Below, piece after piece: positions 50,215 through 64,000 of a DNA stretch of 64,000 nucleotides. This DNA is from Octopus vulgaris. Its lineage: Eukaryota. Below the pieces are notes generated by a model. That model saw nothing but the letters and a program-made list of their open reading frames with translations, had not been told where the DNA came from and ran no database searches. Location: the NCBI GenBank assembly GCA_951406725.2, contig OX597818.1:105648001-105712000 (forward strand), read 5' to 3'. Numbering within the stretch: the stretch's first letter is position 1; the number at the start of each line of letters is the position of its first letter. Made by a program: the position numbers and the translations under genes.

Positions 50215-51992
50215 GTAAGGTATCCACTAAAGTAATGTATGTGTGTACACACACATGCACACATGCATGCACATACACACACACACTCTCTCTCTAATCA
50301 AAGATAATGTCCTTTTTATATGTTCAGTATTTCCTGAGTATTCTTATTTATTTACTGCCCACAGGGAGCTACACACAGAGGGTACAAACAAGGACAGACA
50401 AAAGGATTAAGTTGATTATATCGACCTCAGTGTGTAACTGGTACTTATTTAATCAACCCCAAAAGGATGAAAGGCAAAGTTGACCTCAGCGGAATTTGAA
50501 CTCAGAACGTAGCGGCACACAAAATACTGTTAAGCATTTCGCCCAGCGTGCTAATGTTTCTACCAGCTCGCCACCGTCTGAGTATTCTACCACTGAGTAG
50601 AATACATGCAAACCACAATAACCTCTACTCTTCTGGAACTGCCATCTGTGTCAGTTTGCACCTATATGTACCTGACACAGTTACTTGTTATCTTTTCCTC
50701 ATTGCTTCTATTTGTCTTCATTCAGATTCCATACAACACACTTCCTCTAATCTTTCCCAAAACTTTCTGCTTCACCCATTCTTTCAAGCTGAAAATCAGC
50801 TGTCTCAGTTCCCCAAATCCAAGAGGTCCTGAGATGGGAACTCCTCCCGCACCACCTCAGGTTGATTACTAGCTCTGTGATTGTGTTTGCCTCCTCACCA
50901 CTTGACAACTGGTGCTGGTTTGTTTACACCTCTATAACTTAGCAGTTCAGCAAAAGACACTGATAGAATAAGGACCAGCACACATTTCCCTTACTATCCT
51001 CTGGAGCAACACTTTTTCCATTATGTCTGCTAGTGCCATGAAAAGTGTTTCCATATTGTGAGAGGCAAGATTCTCCATTAATAGAATCTTCATTAAACTA
51101 AACTTAGTCCTCTTTGTTTCTTAAACTCTGATGCATCCATGTTTTTATAACTGTAAATTGTTCACTTTTAAATCAGAATTTGGAAGAAATAGATCTTTTA
51201 AAATCCTTTCCAATATGTTTATTATTAATTTCAAGAGAAAATCCTGATTTATGCAACAATGTAGAGGTTCCAAAATTGGCTCTTTTCTTCTGGAATATGT
51301 ACAAATGTCTTAATTACCCATAAAGTTAACACATAAGTACCAAACTTTAAAATAAGCACTGGGATTGATTTATTTGATTAAACCCTTAGAGGTGGTACCC
51401 CAGCATGGCCATGGTCCTATAACTGAAACAAAGAAAAGACATGTATGCATGTTTGGTGATACAAACAGGAGAAATAGAACTCAATATGCAAAAAACATAT
51501 TTCTTTATGTTATTGTAATGCAACGCAAGTGACTCAAGAGCCTATAGTATTGTTTATGGCAATCGCCATACATATGATGGACTTCTACACATCTTCTATG
51601 AACCAAATTCCAGTCACAAGACTTTGGTCAGCTTAGGGCTACAGTATGAGTCTCATGTGCAAACTGTTAACTTCTCAACTACACAACTGTGTTAGATTAG
51701 CCTTCAATAGTTTTGTTTTGGGGAAATTTCTTTTTTAACCACTACATGCTTAACTTAACACTTACCACTGAAACATAAAATAGCAACTCAATCTGCCATC
51801 AGTCTAAAGCACTTCCTCAATATCAGTATGTGTCTCCTACTTAGGTTACGATTTTTAAACTCATTGATGAGAGAACTAAATAAACAATAAATCATTTCTT
51901 TATTTTTTATATATATCTTATATTTTTAGATATTCATATATTTTATATTAAGTTGTTTATTACGTTTTTGGACATTTTTTTTCTATTTCCAG

Positions 51993-52037
51993 GCATATGG
52001 AGCAGATTCTGAACGGAAACTAAATGTTCCAGGGGAG
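51993..52037 (+). CDS. FDXR: FDXR internal exon, AYGADSERKLNVPGE
   Basis: ttctatttccag|GCA ... GAG|gtaatc; 45 bp, in frame with the flanking exons. Matches the YGA..R.L.IPGE motif. Too short to appear in the ORF track. Confidence 0.93.
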
Positions 52038-53214
52038 GTAATCTAGTTTTTCTTTTTTTTATTATACGATTTGTTTTACTATTTATATTTTACAACCGAA
52101 TCACTTATAAATAATTAAAGATAGAATTTTGAAATTATTAATTCCATAAATGTGTTTTGATTGATTAATTTCTTAATTAAGAGGTATTGTGTTCAGTAAG
52201 TTAATGCAAAAATGTAGATGAACTTATGAAATTGTTTCCGTTAAAAACACAAAACGAGAACCACACGCGAAGTAAGCAGATATGTTTATTTTGTAAGATA
52301 ACGAACCTTATAAGAGTACTCTTGTTTACTTTACTCTCATTCTAAAATGAATAAAATAACTTGTTGAAAGCTATTTTAGCATATAATACGAATACATGTA
52401 TGTATTTCATCACCATCATTTAATTTCTGTTTTCCACGCTGGCATGGGTTGGATAGTTTATCAGGATCCATTGAGTCACAGAGCTGCCTCATACTCTATA
52501 TCAGTTTTGGCATGGTTTCTATGGCTGGATGCCCTTCTTAATGCTAACCAATTCACAGTGGTAACTGGATGCTTTTTTCATGTCACTAACATTAGTGTAG
52601 TTGCCAAGTAATTTGAAAAACAGGAAAGAACAAGGAGATAGAAATGGGGGCGGGGGAGAAGCTCACTTGATCAAGTGGTGGGGTGGGGAGTATTTGAGAA
52701 AGTGGAAAAAGTTATTTTATGCCAGGATCAAGCAGAGACAAGCAGAAGTAGAGGTGTCTTACTAAAGGAATAATACATAACTACCTTGTATTTATATAAG
52801 GGTAGACAGGAGTATCTGGGAAAAAGTATGATGGTTGTGATAGGTTGCCAGAGCAAAAAAATCAAGAAGCAAGAAATTATATCTATGTATGCAAAAACAT
52901 GTTTATAGGAAGAAATTTTCTCCTTTTCCAAACATCTGAAATGAAATTTTCCTTAAAAAATTTAGAAAATATCCATTAAGTTTCCTCTCTCATTTTCAGT
53001 AAATTTGTAAAGGATAGCGTATGTATTTGTTTATGTATGCTACATAAGAAGAAAACGTTCTTTTGACTATCATTGCCATCTCTCATTACTTAACATAATG
53101 CTGCTTTCTGTCCCTTCTTTTACACTTTTTCTCACGTGTCGTAGTGCACCTGAGTACTGTATACAGTAAGATCATCGTCATTATTTTAAATAATAATAAT
53201 AATAATGAGCATTA

Positions 53215-56040
53215 TTATTATTATTATTATTATTATTTTGGTTTAGTTCAGGTTCAGTCTCATTCCTGGTAGGATTTATGTGGGTAGTGGGTTACTACCT
53301 GTAAACCGTGGGTATCCACAAGTTTTCAGCTGTCTTTCAAGTGCTTAGAACCCTCCTGATAATCCTTGTTGTCCCTAACAGACAAACTTTCTGCAGGAGC
53401 TATACCAGGCATTCTATTTCAATCTCCTTCAGCCATTTGTCTGTATCTTTGCTTACTGTTCACAATACACCAATTATTATAGGTGTGATCTTTATTGTTC
53501 TAATGCTCCAAATTCTTCCTATTTCAAATTTTAAGGGATTGTATTTTTTTTTTGTCCTCTTTCTCTACAATCCTGGACATGATGGGTTGATCAGTAAGCA
53601 ACTTCGCTTTTCCCTATCTATAATTGTTATGTCTGGTCTATTATTTTCTAACTTCTTGTCTGTTATTATTATTATTATTATTGAGTGAGAGAGCAGTTCA
53701 TGCCATCAAAGTGACACTGGGGTAAAATATACGAAGCCCAATATACCCATCATGACTACCCGTCTGATAAAGGTACACCAGGCACATGCATCACAACCAT
53801 ATGTGCGCGACATGTGCCCAGTTAGAATTTTCTTCAGGTTGAGTAGCCCATCCCGCTCAAACGGTCCCTGAATAAGGGTTGTTTAAGGATGTTGAAAGAA
53901 CCACCCATGTTTCCAGAGGTGAACTATTCAAACCCCAAAGAATCCCTCTCAACACATGGCTATGATGCTCCCCCACTACTTCTGCTCGTGATCAGAGATG
54001 CACATATCGTCAGCCACTAAGGGACATGCTCAACTGGTTAAGGTCAAACAACTGATTATTATTATATATGTTTGGCTTTTGCTTTGTATTTGTACAAGTT
54101 GACTCCAGTTCACCCAGAGACCTCAAGAGATAACGAGTTAGAAGTTGAAGTTGGTGTTATGACTAGGGTGCCATATTTTTGATTTTGCACATGTTCTAGA
54201 GAATGTCTGTCAAAACAAGAAAATTAGAAGTTCGTTTTAAAAGTAATTCGATTATTAGATGATAGTATGGTCTTGAGATGACCATAAAAGGTGTTTGTTA
54301 TTATGTACATTTAAAAGTACTTTTTACAATGTTTACAAATTAAAATGTTTTGGGGATTAGATAGACAATGTCTTTTTTAGGATATAAGCAATTCACATGA
54401 GCACTATTTAAAAAAAAATTCTTCCATTTTTGGATTTTCTGGTATCAGAGATAGGTAGCAATCAGCCCCTTTTGCTATCATTCCTAGGGTACCTATGACA
54501 ACAGGCATGGCTTTAGTCTTGAGGTTCCACATTTTGCCAGTTCTATTTCAAGGTCTTTATATTTGCTCAGTTTTTGGTAGATCTTCACAGATACATTTAT
54601 GTCAATTGGGACAGTTGTATCAATGAGGAAGCATGATTTATGTCTGAAATCCTTCAATATAATGTCTGACCTATTTCTATCTATCTTTCTAAGCACTGGA
54701 GGTGGTTTGTGTTCCCACCAGTTTTTATCATGAGACAGGTCCATTATTTTAGTATCGTTATTATTATTATTATTTGGGTTGTGCTATTTAATTTAAGGCA
54801 GTGCACTGGCAGAATTGCTACCACGATGGACAAAATGCCTAGTGGCATTTCTTTTGACTTTGTTCTGTATTCAAATGCTGCCAGGGTCAGTTGAGGAAAT
54901 AAGTACCCGTTGCATAATAGGGTCTATGTAATCAACTAGCTCCCTCCCCCAAAATTTCAGGCCTTGTGTCTATTTTAGAAAGGATCATTATCATCATCAC
55001 CATCATCATTATTATTCAGTATTTGATAGCTTCAGGCAAATTTCTACTGCAGCACCTGCTATATCTCTGTGTTGCTGACTTGTGTGCAGTATTGAGCGGT
55101 CTTGTTTTTCTTGCTGTTGGAGGAGTACAGACTCTACCTGTTACTGTACTGCAATCTGTTATGGAGTTTGGCATGTGTCTTTTGTTGTGTTAGTGTTTAT
55201 ATTGTGTGTTGTGTGTGTAATGTGAGTCATGTTCTTCTGTTGGGTACCTAACCTGTAGCATACATGTTGTGGAGATTGTTTACTTTATTGGGTATTTATT
55301 GTATAGTGTGTGTCTTGTGTTGTGGATTATTTTATTTAGGTTGTGCTGTTGAATTGATAGTGTCTTGTCTAGGATGTTCGCTGTTCCTAGTAGACTCACT
55401 TTTTGGATAGTGTATAGTGTTGTGGGTCCAAGTATATCTTTTACATTTTTGTTCTTCCCTTCTTTTTTTTATCATACCTTATACTCCATATGTTACTGGT
55501 ATTGTTTTTACCTTCATACCCCACATCTTGAGTATTTCCATTTTGAAATCTTTGTACTTTGACAGTTTCTCCACTTCTTTTGGGGCAATATTTTGTTCAA
55601 AAGGAACTTCAATGCTTATCAGTAAGGAGGTGTTTAGCTTCAAATCCTTGATTATTATGTCTGGGAATTAACTTTGATTTTTTTTTGTCAGCTTGAACAT
55701 GCATATCCCAGATAATTTTGACCTGACCATTGTCATGTACCTTCTTTGGCACATGTTTATATTTTAGTTTTTATGTTGTAGGGTTGCCATATTACCCAGT
55801 GAATATAACTACTCACTTGGCTGTATTTGTATGCATGTTCAAATTTAGCTAGGACTAGACAGCTAGAGATAATGTGGTCAACTGTCTCGTTGTGTTGGTT
55901 GCATTAGGTGTTAGGGCCGATTTTCTTTATTTTGCATTTATAATTGTTTGTGGTCAGGCATTGGTCTTGTACTGTAAGAATCAGTGCTTCCATTTCTGCT
56001 ATTAGTCCAGGGCTTTTGAGCCACTGTTGGCTTTCATTTA
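53215..56040 (-). mobile_element. Three 3' fragments of RLE-type non-LTR retrotransposons (R4/Dong-like) at ~53240-53670, 54300-54750 and 55330-56035, plus a SINE-like insert at ~53680-54056
   Basis: NRSDIILKDFRHKSCFLIDTTVPID...KLSKYKDLE, ETVDHIISSCPVLAK and PDIIIKD...KLSKYKDFK are PD-(D/E)xK restriction-like endonuclease motifs. The fragments are separated by (TAA)n tracts. Confidence 0.75.
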
Positions 56041-57221
56041 TTATTATCTTGCACACGTAAGTGAAAGCAGGGTATTGTAATCACTTGTCTTCATCTGTGT
56101 GTTTGCAAAATTACTGGAAAACAACTAAATGGATTTTCACCATCTTTGACATACTCGTTGGGTGAGTGGCTTGATATGATGAACATTTGGTTTGATTATC
56201 CCTAAAAAAAAATTTTTTTTTAATGGGACTTACAAATTTCTCTATAAGCAAGTGGTCATATTATTTTGCTTGCTTTCTTTTTCATATGAGCCGACCCTCA
56301 TCTGCTTGTGTATAGATCATGGTGTACCTATGTGCATAGATACGTGTGCATACATGCATACATACACAAATACATACATAGATATGTGATTCTGTGTGCA
56401 TGTGTGTTTGTGTGTGTGCACTGATGGATTCGAGGGTTTCGTTTATTTATGAGTTGATTTCTTAATTTCACCAAGGTATAAATACCTGTAATGATGATAC
56501 TTAAAAAAAATTAATTCAGTTCAATTAAAAAGTATGGTTAAGCAATGCATTGTAAGCCACACTATAATTTGTGAAAAAATTTATCTGCATGCAGGGCCAA
56601 TGCCTTTTTTTTCATTGTTATTATTATCAATAAGGCAGTGAGCTGGCAGAATCATTAGCATGCTGAGCAAAATGCTTGACAGTATTTTGTCCATCTTCAC
56701 ATTCTAAGTTCAAATTCCACCGAGGTCGACTTTGCCTTCATTCTTTTGAGGACAATAAACTAAGTACTAGTGAAACACTGGAGTTGATGTAATCAAATAG
56801 TCTCCTCCTAACTGCTAAGTTACAGGGATGTAAACAAACCAAGACCAGTTGCCAAATGGTGATAGGAGACAAATACAAAGATATCTATGATGGTGTTTGG
56901 TTTTATGCAGTTGAGCAATGCAAGCAGACCAGGAAAACCCTCACCAACAAGTCCCCAACTATCACTACCAATCCCTGTCCACATTGCTAGAGAAACTTCC
57001 AGAAACTGTTGCCAACACACCCACAAAGCCCAACCCCTACTCTAACCCTAACCCCAATGCTAAACCCAGGATGACTAGGAGGTACTCATCTCTCCAACAG
57101 ACAAACATAATCTGTCTAAATATACAGTACCACGTTGTTGCATATATTTTCTGTTTATTTTATATTCAAATCAAAAGTCTTTTGTGCAAATAATGTTTAA
57201 TAAACTTTTTTACCAATGTAG

Positions 57222-57290
57222 GAACTGCCAAATGTACTCTCAGCTCGGCGTTTTGTTGGCTGGTATAATGGTTTGCCTGAAAACAAAGAT
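57222..57290 (+). CDS. FDXR: FDXR internal exon, ELPNVLSARRFVGWYNGLPENKD
   Basis: aatgtag|GAA ... GAT|gtaagt; 69 bp; contains the hallmark SAR.FVGWYNGLP motif. Confidence 0.96.
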
Positions 57291-57405
57291 GTAAGTACAA
57301 TATACATACTTAGATTTTTATTTATCAACCATTATATTCTAGTTAAGATAGAAAACAAACTCATAACAGTTGTTTTGTGTTTATGCCTCTGTGTGTGTGT
57401 GTGTA

Positions 57406-57460
<55 letters not shown>

Positions 57461-57994
57461 ATGCACACATTTAAGTTGTTGTTTAATTCCAGGTAAACAT
57501 TGAGTTATCAGAGCTATAATCAAAGGCATTCCAGCATTGGGTGTATGATTAAGAAGCTCCCAGTGCAATCAGCTGATTCTAGGTTTGACTCCACTGCATT
57601 ACATATTCAGCCAATGTCTTTCAATGTTGGTATGGGTTAGCCAATTCTTTGTGAGTGGTATTTTGTTGATTGAAATGATACAGAAGCTCATTGTGTCTAT
57701 TTCTAGTAACCCTTTCTGGGTTTCACAGTTTAAAAAAAAAGTTTCATTTTTTTGTATATCTAAAACTAATGTAGTTTAATGTGTTCTTCCTGTTTTAAGG
57801 CAGTTGTGTTTGAGAAGAGGGAAGTTAACCGTTATCTATAAAAGGTCAAAGTAATCATGCCGAGGTTCCCCCATTTGGTTTGTGTGCAATTTTATGTCTT
57901 TCTATCTATGCCTATGTGAGAGACTAGATATTTGTGTGTCACCCATGTACCATTCATATGTAACAACAATTCTAAGTTCTGTTATTATTTGCAG

Positions 57995-58096
57995 TTACCA
58001 GTTGACCTTAATGTCGAAAGTGTTGCTGTCATAGGACATGGCAATGTCGCTTTAGATATTGCAAGGATTCTCTTGACCCCAATAGATCTGTTGAAA
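57995..58096 (+). CDS. FDXR: FDXR internal exon, LPVDLNVESVAVIGHGNVALDIARILLTPIDLLK (NADPH-binding GxGxxA motif)
   Basis: ttatttgcag|TTA ... AAA|gtaagt; 102 bp; GHGNVALDIARIL is the adrenodoxin reductase NADP-binding signature. Confidence 0.97.
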
Positions 58097-59832
58097 GTAA
58101 GTCTTGTTTTATGCTGCTTTTTTATCTTTTAGTAGTGAGAAAAGGTAGTGCCTATAGCCCTGAGACTTGTGAGAAAGAGAGGAGAAAGCATCTTCACATC
58201 CTTTCTTTTTTTTCTAATGCAAGGTTTTGCTACTTTTTTTAGCAAATCAGGTGATCATATAGAGACCTTTTTTGCACCTTTAACTGTTTAACATTTAAAC
58301 TGGCCATATCCATCCAAAATATTCTGTTTTATGTTCAAATCAGCCAGATCTGACATTTCACACCTACCTTACAATGTCATGCTAAAAATAAACTATCACA
58401 TCATTGAAATATCAAAGCTGTGAGGTAATGCATATTAAAATCAAAACAATGTGAACAACTAAGCATTATATTTGACAGGATAATCTGAATGTTAAAAAGT
58501 TAAAGACATCTACAGCTCACCTGTTTACAGCTTCGTTCATGTTTCTGGGCAACTGATTTTTTTTCTTTTTCTTTTTCCTCCCCACCACTTTTTTATGCAT
58601 TTAAACTGAGAAGAAAGGAGCAGAGTTGGTAAGTTTTTCAGGCATCCATAGACTGAAGGATACAGTCAATTGATAAAGTTAATTCAGTTAATGTTCAGTT
58701 TGAGTGTTTTTGAAGGTCAGTGGTTAAGAGTAAACTAAAAATAAGATGGAAATTCCTGAGGATGTAGTTCTATAGGAGAAGGTTTGACAAAAGTGCCTTG
58801 TGTAGGATATCTAGAAGATGATACGTAGTAAAGGTGACTGAGGTATAAAAAGCGGTTACTTGGGCACTGAGATAAAGAAGGCATACAGGGGTCCTGAACT
58901 ATTTTTTTTATCTATATGGGCCCCCTGGATTACAATTTTATTCTGGTGGACCCCCATAGCCATTCAATGTTTAAAAACTAGTTTTATAGAAACTTCTTTC
59001 AAAAGTCCTATGTAGGTTGAACTATGTAACATGTTTGAGAAAGAAACCTAGTTGTTTCTTGCAATACATACTAATACATACATCTAAAGCAAAGTTTTTT
59101 CAGGGGCCCTTAAAATACTATTGTGGATCTCCAATTTACTATTTTGTTGCATGCACCCTGCAAAATTTTATATTGGCCATTAGGAACCATATGGACCTCA
59201 GTTGAAAACAACTGGTCTACAAGTTGAAACATTGCAGAAGTGATAAAGGTACAAGAGGTTAATGAGATCCATAAGTAGAAGTGGTATATAGTTTGGATGG
59301 AATTGGTTTGCAGTCTGCGAGCTCAAAGAAGCAAAGACCGTTATTGTAACAATAAAATAGACATTTAGAGGAAAGGCACAGTTTGACAATAAACATGTTA
59401 TTGATTGCTGTTGCTAAATGAAAGTTTTTCTGTCAGGTACTAAACCATTTTTTTATAGATGTAAGAGAGAATGAGACATTAAAAAGATGTTGCTGGTGTC
59501 TTATTTAAGTTAAGGAACTCCTCTGTCATCTATTTAATAGAGCTGAGCAGGGGTTTCTTTCCAAGGTGCAATCCTAGTCAAGAATTTTTTGAAGAAGATC
59601 AGTGATTGCCCATGTATGTAATTCTACTTTTTCTCCATGTCGCTGGTGATGACCAAGTAAAAAGCAAGACCAATATGGTTTTAGGTGCAGGTGTGGCTGT
59701 GTGGTAAGAAGTTTGCTTCCCAGCCACATGGTTCCAGGTTCAGTCTCATTGGTCTTGTATCTTCCACTATTGCACTGAGTTGGCCAAAGGCTTGCGAGTG
59801 GATTTAGTAGGTGGAAACTGAAAGAAGCCCAT

Positions 59833-59879
<47 letters not shown>

Positions 59880-59899
59880 TTGAGTATATTCCTGGTAGT

Positions 59900-61110
59900 A
59901 CACTGATAAAGCACTTGCGGAGTCACTATCAGAACTAGAGGAAACGTTTCAGGTGTGGAAGCAAGGATTAGAATTGAAGGGCCTTAGAGTCAACCTAGCT
60001 AAAACCAAAGTCTTAATAAGTAGGCAGGCAGACAAACCACAAATGTCTTCAGGTAGATGGCTCTGCTCGATCTGCAGAAAAGGCATAGGTAGAAACTCCA
60101 TAAGATGTACCTAGTGTAAGCTATGGACACATAAGAGGTGCAGCAATATCAAAGAAAGTCTAGCTGGGAAGATAGTTTTTGTATGTGGCAAATGCTCAGG
60201 TGCTATAAACACAGAAAATATGTAGAGAACAGCTTCTGTGACATTCCAGGGAGAAAAACTAGAAGTAGTTGATAGCTTCTGTTACCTAGGGGACCAAGTC
60301 AGTAGCAGGGGGTGGATGCTCTGAAAATGTAGCCGCTAGAATAAGAATAGCCTGGGCAAAGTTCAGAGAGCTCCTACCTCTGCTGGTGACAAAGGGCCTC
60401 TCACTCAGAGTCAAAGATAGACTGTATGACGCATGTGTGCAAATAGCCATGCTACATGGCAGTGAAACATGGGCCGTGATTGCTGAGGACATGCATAAGC
60501 TTGCAAGGAATGAAGCCAGTATGCTCCGCTGGATGTGTAATGTCAGTGTGCATACACGACAGAATGTAAGCGCCCTGAGAGAAATGTGGGATTTAAGAAG
60601 CATCAGATGTGGTGTGCGAGACAACTGCATTGGTATGGGCATGTGTTGTAAATGAATGAGGACAGCTGTGTGAAAAAGTGTCACACCCTAGCAGTTGATG
60701 GAACCTGTGGATGAAGTAGACCCAGGAAAACCTGGGATGAGGTGGTGAAGCATGACCTTTGAACATTGGGCCATTACACCCCATGTTCGGATGTGCTTGT
60801 AACATTCCACTGGGCCAAGTGCCAATCAGGCAGTACTGTCATTGGCCACATCAGCAATTTTGATTTTGATTTCACTTGCCTCAATAGATCTTCACAAGCA
60901 AGGTTTATTGTCCAATGAATGAGGGGTATTCATAAATGGGCTGGTTACACCCACTGGCATAGGCCATGGGCTATGGTCTCACTTAGCTTGTTGGGTCTTC
61001 TCAAGCACAGCATATCTCCAAAGCTCCCAGTCACTAGTCACTGCCTCGGTAAGGCCCATTTGATCCATGCAAACCTAGAAAAGTGGGCATTAAAATGATG
61101 ATGATGATGA
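59900..61110 (+). mobile_element. RTE LINE 3' ~1.2 kb, decayed, in an FDXR intron
   Basis: GLRVNLAKTK, CSIC..C..CKLWTHKRC..CGKC, SFCYLG, RIAWAKFRELLPLL, LHGSETW, RPRKTWDEVVK and an (atg)n tail. Confidence 0.9.
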
Positions 61111-61384
61111 AGACAAAGCTGATCTCCTGTAAGTTTGCAAGTATATTTATGATTAACATTATTTCTGATAAAATGAAAGGCCAGTCAAGTGTTAAAATTA
61201 TTATTATTGACTAATCTCTTGTCTAAAATTTCTGGACTTGTGTTTATATGAGGAATTATTCTTTTCAATTTCAAGAATAATAGGTTAGCAGAAATGGGAG
61301 AAAATGTTTAACAGTATTTAGTTTCATATGTCTGAGTTTGAATGTCCATATACCAATTAGATATAAATAAATAAAATAAATGCT

Positions 61385-61630
61385 CCCTTTTTAAAGCCTA
61401 GCCAGGCTCATGGGCCTGGTTTCCTGGTTTCAATGGCATATGTGTTCCCCAGCTGGACAGGATGCCAGTCCATTGCAACATTACTCACTTTTGCCAGCTG
61501 AGTGGACTGGAGCAATGTGAAATGAAGTGTTTTGCTCAAGAACACAATGTGTCGCCAGGTCCAGGAATCAAAACCACAATCTTACGATCATGATGCTGAC
61601 ACCCTAACCACTAAGCCACACACCTCCACA
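61385..61630 (-). mobile_element. tRNA-type SINE, third family
   Basis: The minus strand begins ggaggtgtgtggcttagtggttaggg...gtggttttgattcctggacc (A/B boxes), followed by a gtgttcttgagcaaaacact core. Confidence 0.65.
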
Positions 61631-62171
61631 CCAGTTAGATATGCTTTACATAAATCTTGGAGTTCATAAAATGTGTATTAGTAAGATGTGGTGACAGTTG
61701 ATCTTCTGACCAAACAAAGGTCACTATGTTTCCTTTTTTTTTTTTTTTTCTTGTTTCTTTTTTATCTGCTGAAACTGTCTGTTGTTGCAGCTTTTGATAG
61801 AAGTGTCACCACTTTTTGGTGATAAGGTGAAATTTGAATTTAAAATACTCAGATCCAGAACAGATACAACACATCCACATGATGCACTGATCCAGAAGTA
61901 CACTGATCCACCCATCCTGGGCTGGTATTTTTTTTTATCAACCTTAAAAGGGTGAAAAGTAAAGTTGACCATGGCAGGATATGAATTTAGAACATAGAGA
62001 GTTGAAGTAAATACCACAAAACATTCTATCTAACACTACTGACTCTGTCAATGTATCTCCTATTATCATGAATAAACTCTCATACAAGTAAGATACTGAG
62101 GGTTTATTTAAAAAAAAAACAATTATTGGCTCTGTACTTTAATTCAAAGATATCATTATTTTCAATTTCAG

Positions 62172-62364
62172 AAAACTGACATTGCAGAACATGCATTATC
62201 AGTGTTGGCCACAAGCCAAGTGAAGCATGTTCACTTAGTCGGTCGTCGTGGTCCTTTACATGTGGCCTTTACTATTAAAGAACTGCGAGAAATGATTCAT
62301 TTACCAGAAGCCCGCCCTGTGATGGAAAAAGACGACTTCATATCATTAGATAGTTTCTTGGAAG
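62172..62364 (+). CDS. FDXR: FDXR internal exon, [64 protein letters not shown]; the gene continues beyond the window
   Basis: caatttcag|AAA ... GAAG|gtttgt; 193 bp, phase 0/1; contains the TDI and [16 protein letters not shown] motifs. Confidence 0.96.
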
Positions 62365-62767
62365 GTTTGTTTGTTTTCTGTTTTTCTACTGGAACAAGAA
62401 TTACAATTTATATAGTGAAGAATACTGAATTCTTGGCTCATTGTTCCAATATGTGGGTGTACTAGGTTGCTCTCATTGAGGTTTATTATATTTAGACCAG
62501 ACAGTGCTATTTATAATACAATTCCACTTTTGTATAGTTTACTTGTATTCTCTATTTAAAAAGATGTTACAGAAATATAATATGAGAGAAGATTAACTTT
62601 TCTCTCTCAAACAGGCATACATTTATGTAAATATATACATAAATAGGCGCAGGTGTGACTTTTCAACCACATTGTTCTGGGTTCAGTCTCACTGCATGGT
62701 ACCTTACTATAGTCTTGGGCTGACCAAAGCCTTGTGAGTGGATTTGGTAGATAGAAACTGAAAGAAG

Positions 62768-62808
<41 letters not shown>

Positions 62809-63035
62809 GGTATATATGTATGTATCTGTGTGTGTGTGTGGCACTGTCTGTGTTTGTCCCCCTCCACTGCTTGACAACTAGTGGTGGTGTGTTTATATCC
62901 CCATCACTTAGTAGTTTGACAAAAGAAACTGATAAAAACTTCAAAAAATAAGTTCTAGGGTCGGTCTGCTCAACTAAAACCCTTGAAGGTGGTGCCCCAG
63001 CATGGCTGCAGTCAAATGACTGAAAAAAGTAAGGG

Positions 63036-63089
<54 letters not shown>

Positions 63090-63090
<1 letters not shown>

Positions 63091-63495
63091 GCCATGCCAC
63101 ACTACATGGCAGTGAAACATGGGCTGTGACTGATGAGGACATGCGTAAGCTTGCAAGGAATGAAGCCAGTATGCTCTGATGGATGTGTAATGTCAGTGTG
63201 CATACTTGACACAGTTTAAGTACCTTGAGAGAAAAGTTGGACTTAAGAAGCATCAGATGTAGTTTGCAAGAGAGACGACTGCACTGGTATGGTCATGTGG
63301 TGAGAATGGACGAGGATAGCTGTGTGAAAAAGTACCACACCCTAGCAGTTGAGGGAACCTGTGGAAGAGGTAGATCCAGGAAGACCTGGGATGAGGTGGT
63401 GAAGCATGTCCTTCAAACATTAGACCTCACCAAGGCAATGACTAGTGACCGGGACCTTTGGATATATGCAGTGCATGAGAAGACCTGGCAAGCCT
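63090..63495 (+). mobile_element. RTE LINE 3' fragment
   Basis: LHGSETWAV...RRLHWYGHVVRMDEDSCVKK...GRGRSRKTWDEVVK...DRDLW. Confidence 0.9.
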
Positions 63496-64000
63496 ATTTT
63501 GGTTATGATATCATTTCTGGAATTCTTAGATTTTACTTTCATACAACATAACAATATTGTTTGTAAACATTCCCCCATAGTGCCCTAATAAAATTTCCTC
63601 TGTATTAACTTAGGTTTCTTAGTGTCTTGCCCCTTTAACAGGTAATTAACATCATGATTTAAAGCCTACTCAGCCTCTTTTTATAGACAGTTACTTACAA
63701 CTGACTACTCTTAATGTCTTATTTCCTCCCTGGAGAAAAAGGGATACATATTATATTTATGACCATACCTAGCCTTGAGCTGTCAACTCACTCTTGTCCT
63801 TTATTTAAAATAGACACAGTCTTCTAGTCTCAGATTTAGTAGTTGATAAAGAGATAAATGAATTAGAAATGAATTACAACCCTATGATCCATGCGATTCT
63901 TAGAAGTTGTAGTCTATTCCTAGCTACAATAGTGAAAACATGAATTTCTTACTCTGTTAAAATATTTAAGAAAAGTCATATTAATGTGTCCTACTTGTTA

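Overview
AT-rich, repeat-dense animal genomic DNA. The microsatellite density and the SINE/RTE repertoire resemble an octopus (coleoid cephalopod) genome; this is an inference. The only host gene I can support is ferredoxin reductase (FDXR, NADPH:adrenodoxin oxidoreductase) on the + strand: five internal GT-AG exons at 50092-62364 that splice in frame. I found no upstream FDXR exon in 1-50091, so that stretch is probably one very long intron. The rest is transposon-derived: a full-length mariner nested in a Gypsy LTR, a full-length Tc1, other Tc1/mariner relics, RTE, CR1 and R4/Dong-type LINE fragments, two Penelope-like (PLE) relics, piggyBac- and hAT-type MITEs, Helentron/HINE-like elements, many tRNA-type SINEs, and mini- and microsatellites. 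Most ORF-track entries are microsatellite or low-complexity artefacts. The most notable signal not visible in the ORF track is a set of type I hammerhead ribozyme (HHR) motifs in short PLE/retrozyme-like repeats. One is fully canonical (33910-33980, - strand), one is near-canonical (2753-2787, -), and several are decayed, including a tandem pair and a possible nested bidirectional pair.
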